DNA of 13,200 bases from Bacterioplanes sp. GTDB lineage: Bacteria > Pseudomonadota > Gammaproteobacteria > Pseudomonadales > Oceanobacteraceae. A model generated the notes under the pieces. The model searched no databases, had not been told where the DNA came from, and saw nothing but the letters and a program-made list of their open reading frames with translations. The DNA is taken from assembly GCA_014859445.1 (NCBI GenBank), contig JACUUC010000046.1:1-13200 (forward strand). The letters are read 5' to 3'. Within the stretch, counting starts at the first letter, position 1, and the number at the start of each line of letters is the position of its first letter. Both the position numbers and the translations under genes were made by a program. This document shows, one piece after another, positions 1-7,210 of this stretch.

Positions 1-45
1 AGGCTTCTTTCAGCCTGACGGGTTTGCCAGCTTCGCTGGGCAAAC

Positions 46-80
46 AAAAAAAGCCACGGCACGTATGCAGTGGCTTTTTC
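46..80 (-). terminator. Rho-independent (bidirectional-looking) terminator downstream of fadE
   Basis: Arms AAAAAGCCAC (48-57) and GTGGCTTTTT (70-79) are inverted repeats, with an inner GCA/TGC pairing. On the minus strand the GC stem GCCAC...GTGGC is followed by TTTTTTTGTTTG. It lies about 50 nt after the fadE stop codon (132-134). A further imperfect hairpin sits at 22-44 (GTTTGCCAG/CTGGGCAAAC). Confidence 0.8.
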
Positions 81-131
81 TGAGTGGCGTAGATGACCGA
101 TGTTTATTGAGACAGCGGCATCTTGGCTGCC

Positions 132-2579
132 CTAATCGTTGTGCAACACCACTTTGTCTTTGTGACGTGCAGGTTCATCAAAGGCAAAGTCATCCACAAT
201 CAACATATCCAACACTTCCGCTTCGAAGGTTTTCATAAAGGCGGCTTCGTCTGCACTGATCAAACCGGCTTCGGCTGATGCCGCAAATCGTTCCTCAGGA
301 TGCAATGCCGTCATTGGGATATCACCTTGCGCATACGCTTTGCTGGCTATGCGATAAATTGCTTCGGCTTTGTCGTAATCACGCAACAGCGCGTTGTAAC
401 GCGCCAGCGGATTTTCAACAGCACCGTCTTCTTGCGTGTCCCACGTGTCTTCAATCAAGTAGCTGCGCAAAGGCGTATCACTGGAGATGTCGTTGGCAAT
501 GGCCGACGTTAATTCATCTTCGGGCATCGGCCAGCAACGACCGAATGGCATCACAATGGCGCGTAGTTTGAACGCCACCAAACGATTGGGCAGGTTATCC
601 AGCACACCGCACACGGCATTTTCTAAGCGATGCAGTAAAAACGCCGCGCTATAGCGCATCAGAGCTTCTTCACCGGCCACTTTGTTGCCTTCATGCCAGT
701 GCTTTAACACCATCGAGAGCAAGTACAAGTTTGATAAAATATCACCCAAACGCCCAGACAACAGTTCGCGTTGCTTCAGTGTTGCGCCCAGCATAGTCAT
801 TGCCGCGTCGGACAATAGCCCCAAAACGGCACTGAAACGATTCACGGCTTTGGCATACGGAGCGGCGGCCGAATCAAATGGGTTATCGCCCGTGGGCACA
901 CCCAACGCGGCGGTGAAAGCACGTGCAGCGTTGCCCATGATCAAACCGACATGACCAAAGAAGGCGGTATCGAATGCATCAATGTCGTCGTTGTTCTTCG
1001 CTTCTAACTCCGCCAATACCCATGGATGGCAGCGAATAGCCCCTTGACCAAAAATCATCAAGCAGCGCGTCATGATGTTCGCACCCTCAACGGTTATGGC
1101 CACTGGCGTGGCGGAAAAGCCAATACCCAAATAGTTGCGAGGCCCCAGTGTCACCGCACGACCACCATGCACATCCATGGCGTCCATCATGATTTGACGC
1201 TGAAACTCCGTTAACTGGCTTTTCAAAATCGCCGATGGTACGGCCGGTTTTTCGCCGTTATCAATCATGTTAGCGGTTTGTGAAACCGTCGCTCGGGCGA
1301 TGTACGCCATCGACGCCATGCGCGCAAGCGGCTCTTGCACCCCTTCCATATTCGCCACCGAGGTATTGAACTGACGACGAATGCGGGTAAAGCCACCAGA
1401 CCAACCGACCGCATAGCGACCAGAGCCACTGGCACCCGACGGTAAGGTAATGCAGCGACCAACCGACAAACATTCCACCAGCATGCGCCAGCCTTGGCCA
1501 GCCATATCCACACCACCGATGATCCAATCCAAAGGAATGAAGACGTCCTTGCCTTTGATCGGGCCGTTCATAAACGGACTGCCAATGGGGTGGTGGCGAC
1601 GACCAATTTCCATGCCTTTGGTATCACGCGGAATCAAGGCGCAGGTAATGCCAATGTCTTTTTCCTCGCCCAACAGGCCATCAGGGTCAAACATGCGGAA
1701 CGCCAAACCAACCACGGTGGCAACCGGCGCCAAGGTAATCCAACGCTTTTCAAAGTTAAGACGAATGCCCAGAACCTCTTTGCCGTCAAATTCGCCTTTA
1801 CAAACAATGCCGGTATCCGGAATGGAAGTCGCGTCCGAACCGGCGCGAGGCCCAGTTAAACCGAAACAGGGAATTTCACGACCATCAGCCAAACGCGGTA
1901 AGTAATGATTTTTTTGCTCATCGGTGCCGTACTTAACTAATAACTCGCCGGGCCCTAATGAGTTCGGCACACCGACAGTGGACATCAAGGTTTCATTGGC
2001 GGCCAGTTTTTGTAATACCGCCGATTGTGCTTTGGCGGAAAAATGTAAGCCGCCATATTCGGTGGGAATGATCATGCCGAAGAATTTTTCTTTCTTCAAA
2101 AAATCCCACAATTCTTTCGGCATATCAGCGCGCTCAACGCCAATTTCCCAGGCATTGCACATGGAAACGGCTTTTGAACACTGATTGTCTAAAAACGCTT
2201 GTTCTTCGTCGGTTAACCCCGAATACCGATTATCCAGTAACTGATCCCAATTCGGACGCCCTGAAAACAACTGGCCATCCCAACCCACGGTACCGGCATC
2301 CAGCGCGACTTGTTCGGTCGGTGACACTTTAGGGGCGATTTTTTTGAACAAAGAGAAAATTTTCGGCGTCAACCACGTTTTGCGATACGCGGGCAAACCC
2401 GCCACGGCCGTTACACCGGCTCCTATCAAGAAAAGAATGGCCAACAACGGGCTACTGAAATAAAACCCGACAACCGCCAAGGCAATAAGAGCAGCAATGC
2501 TGGCAACAGCCCCTAACTCTCGTCGCAAAATCGTCAGCATGACGACTAGTGCAATACCAATAACCAACAAGTGATTCAT
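132..2579 (-). CDS. fadE: Acyl-CoA dehydrogenase, FadE type (membrane-anchored, about 815 aa)
   Basis: The track ORF starts at TTG 2597. I prefer ATG 2579 (MNHLLVIG...), which is preceded by AAGGAG at about 6 nt. The N-terminus has hydrophobic TM segments, followed by an acyl-CoA dehydrogenase core (..MIIPTEYGGLHFSAKAQSAVLQKLA.., ..CFGLTGPRAGSD..) and a long C-terminal extension. Length and layout match enterobacterial FadE (about 814 aa). Confidence 0.9.
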   Translation of the reverse strand: MNHLLVIGIALVVMLTILRRELGAVASIAALIALAVVGFYFSSPLLAILFLIGAGVTAVAGLPAYRKTWLTPKIFSLFKKIAPKVSPTEQVALDAGTVGWDGQLFSGRPNWDQLLDNRYSGLTDEEQAFLDNQCSKAVSMCNAWEIGVERADMPKELWDFLKKEKFFGMIIPTEYGGLHFSAKAQSAVLQKLAANETLMSTVGVPNSLGPGELLVKYGTDEQKNHYLPRLADGREIPCFGLTGPRAGSDATSIPDTGIVCKGEFDGKEVLGIRLNFEKRWITLAPVATVVGLAFRMFDPDGLLGEEKDIGITCALIPRDTKGMEIGRRHHPIGSPFMNGPIKGKDVFIPLDWIIGGVDMAGQGWRMLVECLSVGRCITLPSGASGSGRYAVGWSGGFTRIRRQFNTSVANMEGVQEPLARMASMAYIARATVSQTANMIDNGEKPAVPSAILKSQLTEFQRQIMMDAMDVHGGRAVTLGPRNYLGIGFSATPVAITVEGANIMTRCLMIFGQGAIRCHPWVLAELEAKNNDDIDAFDTAFFGHVGLIMGNAARAFTAALGVPTGDNPFDSAAAPYAKAVNRFSAVLGLLSDAAMTMLGATLKQRELLSGRLGDILSNLYLLSMVLKHWHEGNKVAGEEALMRYSAAFLLHRLENAVCGVLDNLPNRLVAFKLRAIVMPFGRCWPMPEDELTSAIANDISSDTPLRSYLIEDTWDTQEDGAVENPLARYNALLRDYDKAEAIYRIASKAYAQGDIPMTALHPEERFAASAEAGLISADEAAFMKTFEAEVLDMLIVDDFAFDEPARHKDKVVLHND

Positions 2580-2806
2580 AGTAACTCCTTTCAGCAATTG
2601 AACTGACTTGAATGAGCTTTGACACTAGCAGGAGATGAGAACAGATGCCAGCTGGCCTAATAAGAAAATACGCCAGAGCAAGTCAAGACACGTTATGTCC
2701 ATAGTCAGAAAATCAAGCCCCACCAATTTATGAGCTATACTGATAAAACTCGGGTTAATGAAATCATCATTCACCCACTGCACTACTCCATGGAGGATCG
2801 TCACGC
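2580..2806. promoter_or_regulatory. Divergent intergenic region between fadE and the small ValRS-C-like ORF (promoters not mapped)
   Basis: This is 227 bp of non-coding DNA between two divergent starts that both have good SD sequences. It contains TTGACA (about 2620) and TATACT (about 2737), but these are not at promoter spacing. I found no convincing FadR- or PsrA-type palindrome. Confidence 0.3.
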
Positions 2807-3028
2807 ATGAGCGCACCGTTAACCAAAACCGATGACATACATCACATCCAGACAAAAATTGAGCGCATCGAAAGCGACATTCAACGCATTACCAACAAAC
2901 TCAACAACGATGGCTTTATCGCCAGAGTGCCAGCGGCCATGATTGAAAATGAACAAAAGAAAATGGCTCAGTTTGAGCGGGAAAAACGCGAACTCGAAAT
3001 ACAAATGCGTTTAATCAGTAACGCTTAA
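2807..3028 (+). CDS. Small stand-alone protein resembling the C-terminal coiled-coil domain of valyl-tRNA synthetase
   Basis: ATG 2807 is preceded by GGAGGA (2792-2797, 9-nt spacer). The 73-aa product contains ..IERIESDIQRITNKLNNDGFIARVPAAMIENEQKKMAQFEREKRELEIQ... This follows the remembered ValRS C-terminal pattern (KL-N-x-GF-x-x-[KR]-AP-x-x-V/I-x-x-E-x-x-K, then a heptad coiled coil). No catalytic ValRS sequence lies upstream. Confidence 0.6.
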   Translation: MSAPLTKTDDIHHIQTKIERIESDIQRITNKLNNDGFIARVPAAMIENEQKKMAQFEREKRELEIQMRLISNA

Positions 3029-3085
3029 ATCCACAGACTATCCTCTAAAAAACATCAAACGAGTTTTACTAAGTCCGTCCGCTCG

Positions 3086-3979
3086 CTACTCCAAAAAGCG
3101 CTGCCGGATAGCCCCGCTGACTGCGGTCAGTGGCACGATGATGCTTAGCTCATAGGCCAAGCCAAAATCCTCATCCAAGGCGGCATCGTCGAACCAGATG
3201 CCGTTGCCCACACTTAAATACGACTGCAAAATGGGCGGCAGACGGCAGCCATAGAGCTTGAGCAGTTGCTGCAACTGCCGGATACGCCCGTCTGGGCTCA
3301 ACTCTGCCCAGCCACGGCACTCCAGCGTATGTGCTACCGCGTAATTCAGGCCGGTTTTTGCCATCATCATCGGCTGCGTCGGGGTATACAGCTGCTGGCA
3401 AAACTGCACCATGCAGGCAATGGCTTCTTGACCCAGACTTTGATAGAGCGAAACATTGCCAAAAAAGTACTGCAGCTGTGGGTGGATACGGGCTAAAGCT
3501 CCCAGCCCGGCCCATAACGCAAAGAAACCCAGGACACGGGCCTTAGCACTGGTATTGACCACCGAACGGCCCAGCTCAATGCCATAGGGCAACACCTGGC
3601 TGCAAAAAGCCTTGCTGTAATCAAACAGCTGGCTGGTACGTAACAAGGCATGGCCATGCTGTGCTGCTTGCCATCCTAACTGGTAGCGGTAAATAGCCAC
3701 CAACTCCAACCTAGCCGGATCCCACACCAGCAACTGGTAATAGGCATGTTCACCATAATCCAGTGCGTCCAGATCACGCGCCAGATTACGGCCGGCACCG
3801 GCACTGCGAAACATCAATTCGCGTAAACGGCCAATCTCCAGCATAGTCACTGGGATCCTATCTGCCTGAGCGCTGAATACCAGCAAACCACGAATGCTGG
3901 CAATGGGTTCAAGCTGTGCCAGCTCCTGTGCAATCAACTTAGTCGGCTCGGCGGCTGCAACTGGGCTTACCATCGGCAT
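3086..3979 (-). CDS. GNAT-family N-acyltransferase, OlsB/GlsB-like ('putative hemolysin' COG3176 type)
   Basis: ATG 3979 is preceded by AGGAGGA at 5 nt, inside the 3' end of the upstream gene (41-nt overlap). Motifs: IGRLRELMFRSAGAG..DLDALD..HAYYQLLVWD...LVAIYRY, and later ..IELGRSVV...LWAGLGAL...YFFGNVSLY. These are typical of N-acyl amino acid synthases that pair with a PlsC-like O-acyltransferase. Confidence 0.75.
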   Translation of the reverse strand: MPMVSPVAAAEPTKLIAQELAQLEPIASIRGLLVFSAQADRIPVTMLEIGRLRELMFRSAGAGRNLARDLDALDYGEHAYYQLLVWDPARLELVAIYRYQLGWQAAQHGHALLRTSQLFDYSKAFCSQVLPYGIELGRSVVNTSAKARVLGFFALWAGLGALARIHPQLQYFFGNVSLYQSLGQEAIACMVQFCQQLYTPTQPMMMAKTGLNYAVAHTLECRGWAELSPDGRIRQLQQLLKLYGCRLPPILQSYLSVGNGIWFDDAALDEDFGLAYELSIIVPLTAVSGAIRQRFLE

Positions 3980-5549
3980 CGGGTTCCTCCTGATAAATAG
4001 TGGGTAGTTGATAGCAACGGCGTTTCAACCAGGCGATACGCTGCCGATCGGTTTCGGCCAGAGCGTCCAGTTCGACGACATGCATCGGAATATCAACATA
4101 CAGTCGAGGTGTACGGTTGGCTGGCTTTAGCATTTCCCGTACCAGCAACAGCATTTCCAGATTGGCCTGAATACCCAGACTGGTTCGTAGCCAGGCCAAG
4201 GTATAGAACCAAGTCGAATTCTGACTTTGCAGATGCAACACGGTCAGACTGCGCTGCTGGCGCCTGGCCAATGTCACCGTCAACTTGGACCAATTGCCAT
4301 CGTCCAACTGACCTTTGTTGCTCTTTCTGGCCGTGCGACCAGCCGGAAAAATCAACAGAGGGGCGTCGCTGGCAAAAGCAGCCTGAACCATTGGCAGCGC
4401 ATCTTTAGGCTTGGCAAATACCGGGATCGACACAATGCGCCCAGCCAGCTGCTGCACTTCGGTCAGTACTTCGTTGGCCAGTACCTGCAAATTTGGATAA
4501 CGCTTTTGCAGTACACTGATCAGCAACAAGCCATCAATGCCACCGGTCGGATGGTTGCAGACAAACACCGGCCGGTCTGCAGCTGCCGGCCAGCGGCAGG
4601 CGATGACGTCCGGAGTTAACTGCAAATGCTGCAGGGCTACATCACAAAAGCGCTCAACCGGCAGCCGGTTGAGCCGCTCCAACCTCTGATTTAACGCCTT
4701 TTCCGCCAACAGCCAGCGCAGCAAATCCCACTGCCAGCCTTTTAGTTGGCTGGCTAGCGTTGGGTTATAGCGGCTAAGCAGGGCCTGCACATCCAACCGG
4801 CTGCTAAAATAGTCTTCGGATACTACAGGCTGTTTCAGCGGCAGTTCCAGGCAGTGGCTGGCATCCACCTGATGGGTGGACGGATGCCCATCCCAATACT
4901 GCATACTAATCTTGCCTGCTTCGATAGTCAGTTGTGTGATACTGACGGTCTGTACCTGGCTACGCTGCATGGCAATGCCGCTAAAGGCGCTGAATGGTCC
5001 GGGCCGGCGATGCAGTTGCTGCTGGGTTTGCAGTGACGGTGAGCGGGCCATAGCCCGCTGCCAATGCCAGGCTCTGAGCCTCGGGATCACCCTAGGTAAA
5101 ACACTGGAACTGGATAACGGCGAGTTTGGTGCCAGCTGCTGACGAAGCTGGCTGCCATCCCAATGCCACAGCAGCGGCTCCTGTTGTCCAACAAAGAGCA
5201 GCAAGCGAAAAGGGGCATAGCAGCGTAACTGCTCTGGTTGCAATGAAGCGTCCAGCATTTGCCAGTCCGAGCTATGCGCCAGTGCCCGTAGAAGCAGACC
5301 ACGACTGCGGCGGATAGCGGCATCCGGCTGATACGCGGCAGCATAATCGTTGAGCAGACAAAACACCCGGCCTTGCTCATTGGCCGCTACCCAGCTGCCA
5401 CCACCGTCTGGATCGATGGGGATGACGGCGTCCACACCGTTCTGACTAAAGCGCTGGGGCGCATGCGCCCGGGCGCGGATTTTTCGCTCATCCCGGTTGA
5501 ACAGGATATGCAGCTGTCCTTGCTGGTACCACCAGCTTAGGGTGCACAT
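3939..5549 (-). CDS. Fusion protein: N-terminal NRDE (TANGO2-like) domain plus C-terminal lysophospholipid/aminolipid O-acyltransferase (GlsA/OlsA-like)
   Basis: Continuous 536-aa ORF. Residues 1 to about 235 carry MC(2)TLSWW...ILFNRDER...DPDGGGSWVA...RSRGLL...YAPFRLLLF, the NRDE family signature with the N-terminal Cys. Residues about 245-520 carry ..WDLLRWLLAEKALNQRL.., CNHPTGGIDGLLL (acyltransferase His/Asp block) and LLIFPAGRTARK (FPxG(T/R) block). The start overlaps the DinB gene by 13 nt. Confidence 0.75.
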   Translation of the reverse strand: MCTLSWWYQQGQLHILFNRDERKIRARAHAPQRFSQNGVDAVIPIDPDGGGSWVAANEQGRVFCLLNDYAAAYQPDAAIRRSRGLLLRALAHSSDWQMLDASLQPEQLRCYAPFRLLLFVGQQEPLLWHWDGSQLRQQLAPNSPLSSSSVLPRVIPRLRAWHWQRAMARSPSLQTQQQLHRRPGPFSAFSGIAMQRSQVQTVSITQLTIEAGKISMQYWDGHPSTHQVDASHCLELPLKQPVVSEDYFSSRLDVQALLSRYNPTLASQLKGWQWDLLRWLLAEKALNQRLERLNRLPVERFCDVALQHLQLTPDVIACRWPAAADRPVFVCNHPTGGIDGLLLISVLQKRYPNLQVLANEVLTEVQQLAGRIVSIPVFAKPKDALPMVQAAFASDAPLLIFPAGRTARKSNKGQLDDGNWSKLTVTLARRQQRSLTVLHLQSQNSTWFYTLAWLRTSLGIQANLEMLLLVREMLKPANRTPRLYVDIPMHVVELDALAETDRQRIAWLKRRCYQLPTIYQEEPDADGKPSCSRRAD

Positions 5550-6028
5550 CGTTTGTGATACTCTTGGGTCGAGCTGTGCACACCGGCATCCTCTGGCCAG
5601 GGGTAGCCCCAGGGATCCAGCATGGCATGGATCAACGCCAGATGATGCACTGCATGGCTGGCAACAAAATCCAGCTCACGCTGCAGGCTGGTGTAGGTGG
5701 TGCCTTCGGCAAATTGATAGCTCAGCTGGGTATCCAGCTCATCGGTTTCCAAGCACTTCAGCCAGCTTTGCAAACGCTCTATCCAATGCAACGCTTTTTG
5801 CGGATCGCTTTGCACGCCTTCATCTCGCAACCGCAGCCGGTAGTCCAGCTGCTGACTGTTCGATGCCAGCCACAGCTGCTGGTAGTGATCCAACACATGA
5901 CGAATATGTTTGCCGACTGAAGGCTCACCGGGCCAGTCTTTGACCTGCCGGTAATGTTCAGGCTGCACCTGCCGTAGAATAAGACGGATAAAGTCCAACT
6001 GGTGCAGGTTTTGTTCAATCACCGTCAT
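5537..6028 (-). CDS. DinB-fold (DinB_2/YfiT-like) putative metal-dependent protein
   Basis: 163 aa. The N-terminal helix motif VGKHIRHVLDHYQQL and the C-terminal FVASHAVHHLALIHAML fit the His-triad pattern of the DinB superfamily. It overlaps the upstream gene by 14 nt and the downstream gene by 13 nt. Confidence 0.7.
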   Translation of the reverse strand: MTVIEQNLHQLDFIRLILRQVQPEHYRQVKDWPGEPSVGKHIRHVLDHYQQLWLASNSQQLDYRLRLRDEGVQSDPQKALHWIERLQSWLKCLETDELDTQLSYQFAEGTTYTSLQRELDFVASHAVHHLALIHAMLDPWGYPWPEDAGVHSSTQEYHKRCAP

Positions 6029-6263
6029 GCGATTCTGTCCTTTGAATGGTTAAATCGTTTAGCCGCTGTTTGGCGGCACTGTAACTGGCGACCGAGAAGG
6101 GCACCAAGTAATTCAGTAGGATCAGGCCAAAGCGCCAGGGTGCTTCACCGGCAATAGCTTCCCATTGATTGATTAGGTTCAGCAAAGTCCCCACCACAAG
6201 TGCCACCTTAATGGCATTGCTGAACACCTCGGGATGGCGTAATTGTTGCAAAAAGTCTTTCAT
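6015..6263 (-). CDS. Small two-TM membrane protein, NrtS-like (putative nitrate/nitrite transporter family)
   Basis: 82 aa. IKVALVVGTLLNLINQ...LILLNYLVPFSVASYSA resembles the remembered NrtS family signature. There is an ATGA start/stop overlap with the HD-GYP gene. The functional assignment is tentative. Confidence 0.5.
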   Translation of the reverse strand: MKDFLQQLRHPEVFSNAIKVALVVGTLLNLINQWEAIAGEAPWRFGLILLNYLVPFSVASYSAAKQRLNDLTIQRTESHDGD

Positions 6264-7183
6264 CCGCGAGCAAACCTGACCAGTTGTTCCAGCGGGATAT
6301 GCGACACCGACTCCTCAATCAACCGCTTAATTAATAGTTTATCTGCTTTAGGTTGCAGTTGCTGGGCCGAAACCTTGCGACCGGTTGGCTTGACCGTCCA
6401 TTGGTCGTGCTCAGCACACAACTCCATCTCGCTGTGACAGACACCACAAGCCAACAGATCACCCGGTTTGTCCTCGCTGTGTTGCAGTACCGTCGGACCA
6501 CAGTGCGGACAGGTGTGCAAGGGAATGCCATAATCACTGTGCCCCATAATGGCATCCACTTCACCTCGTTCAGCCAACGCCAGCAAATGGTTGCACCAGA
6601 ACTGGTTAAACTGTCGGCCGGACTCCTCACGCAGAATACCAAGCACTTTTTCCAATGGCATAGGTTTGCGGTAGGAGCGTAAACTGGTCATGGCATCAAA
6701 GGCATCACATACCCCGATGATGGCCGCATCGGTTGGGATCATGCTGGCAGTCAGGCCATGCGGATAGCCACGACCATCCGGCCGCTCGTGGTGCAACTCG
6801 ACCGCAGCGGCGACCAGATGCCCTAGCGGATGCCCTGCCAGCATGCGGCCACCAGCCTCCGGGTGCGTTTGGATCACAGCAAACTCACTGTCATTCAACT
6901 TGCCGGTCTTATTTAAAATTGCATCTGGGATGGCGACTTTGCCCAGATCATGCAAAAAACCGCCGAGCGTCACCCGGGCAATATCGGCCTCCGGCAAACC
7001 ACCGGCTCTGGACAATAAATTGGCATAACGCGACACCCGCCACAAATGTCCGCCGGTGTAGGGATCTTTGGCTTCCACAAACCAGGCCATCACCATCAGA
7101 CTGGCCAACAGATCTTTGCTTAACTGACCGGCATCCGCCGGTAACGCTTTTTCTGCTTGAAACTGTTGAAACCATCTGAGCAT
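6260..7183 (-). CDS. HD-GYP domain c-di-GMP phosphodiesterase with C-terminal CxxC...CxxC zinc-ribbon extension
   Basis: ATG 7183 is preceded by a GGGGG SD at 5 nt. Motifs: GGFLHDLGKVAIPDAILNKTGKL (HD), HHERPDGRGYPHGL (GYP), VCDAFDAMTSLRSYR. The C-terminal extension carries HTC225PHC228...AC246GVC249HSEMELC256. Confidence 0.85.
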   Translation of the reverse strand: MLRWFQQFQAEKALPADAGQLSKDLLASLMVMAWFVEAKDPYTGGHLWRVSRYANLLSRAGGLPEADIARVTLGGFLHDLGKVAIPDAILNKTGKLNDSEFAVIQTHPEAGGRMLAGHPLGHLVAAAVELHHERPDGRGYPHGLTASMIPTDAAIIGVCDAFDAMTSLRSYRKPMPLEKVLGILREESGRQFNQFWCNHLLALAERGEVDAIMGHSDYGIPLHTCPHCGPTVLQHSEDKPGDLLACGVCHSEMELCAEHDQWTVKPTGRKVSAQQLQPKADKLLIKRLIEESVSHIPLEQLVRFARG

Positions 7184-7210
7184 GATAGCCCCCTGTTAAG
7201 TTAACCCTGC

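Noticed and set aside
278-2184. Several plus-strand ORFs (278-571, 682-954, 1450-1905, 1494-1859, 1924-2184) antisense to fadE.
   Set aside because: They lie entirely within the well-supported fadE coding region. Their products are low-complexity (Arg/Pro/Ser/Thr-rich), they lack SD sequences, and they look like typical shadow ORFs.
2598-2640. Possible FadR/PsrA operator upstream of fadE (AACTGACTTGAATGAG, TTGAA direct repeat).
   Set aside because: Only the AACTG half resembles the FadR consensus. There is no TGGT-N-ACCA dyad and no PsrA-like AAAC-N-GTTT palindrome, so the support is too weak for a call.
2625-2855. 76-aa minus-strand ORF spanning the fadE/small-ORF intergenic region.
   Set aside because: It overlaps the start and SD of the better-supported 2807 ORF. 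It has no SD, the product is Cys/hydrophobic-rich and unrecognisable, and it is probably non-coding promoter DNA.
3029-3085. Expected terminator between the convergent small ORF and the GNAT gene (AAAAC-N9-GTTTT).
   Set aside because: The stem is only 5 bp of A/T pairs with no GC clamp or clear T-run. It is not a credible intrinsic terminator.
5358-5374. Near-copy of the regulatory motif inside the NRDE coding region (ACAAAACACCCGGCCTT versus ACCAAAACACCGGCCTT at 7761-7777).
   Set aside because: It needs a 1-nt shift to align, it lies deep within a CDS far from any start, and it has no 21-bp partner. It may be coincidental, so I mention it only for completeness.
3171-5380. Alternative-frame and antisense ORFs inside the GNAT and NRDE-acyltransferase genes (for example 3171-3515, 4109-4408, 4227-4619, 4876-5142, 5087-5380).
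   Set aside because: They are fully nested in ORFs that carry recognisable family motifs. Their products are Arg/Ala/Gly/Cys-rich, as expected from off-frame translation of this composition.
5497-5943. 148-aa and 121-aa plus-strand ORFs antisense to the DinB-fold gene.
   Set aside because: They are shadow ORFs. The minus-strand frame carries the DinB His motifs and is locked into the operon by overlapping stop/start codons.
6733-7179. 148-aa plus-strand ORF antisense to the HD-GYP gene.
   Set aside because: The opposite strand encodes unmistakable HD and GYP motifs. The antisense product is Pro/Arg/His-rich and of low complexity.
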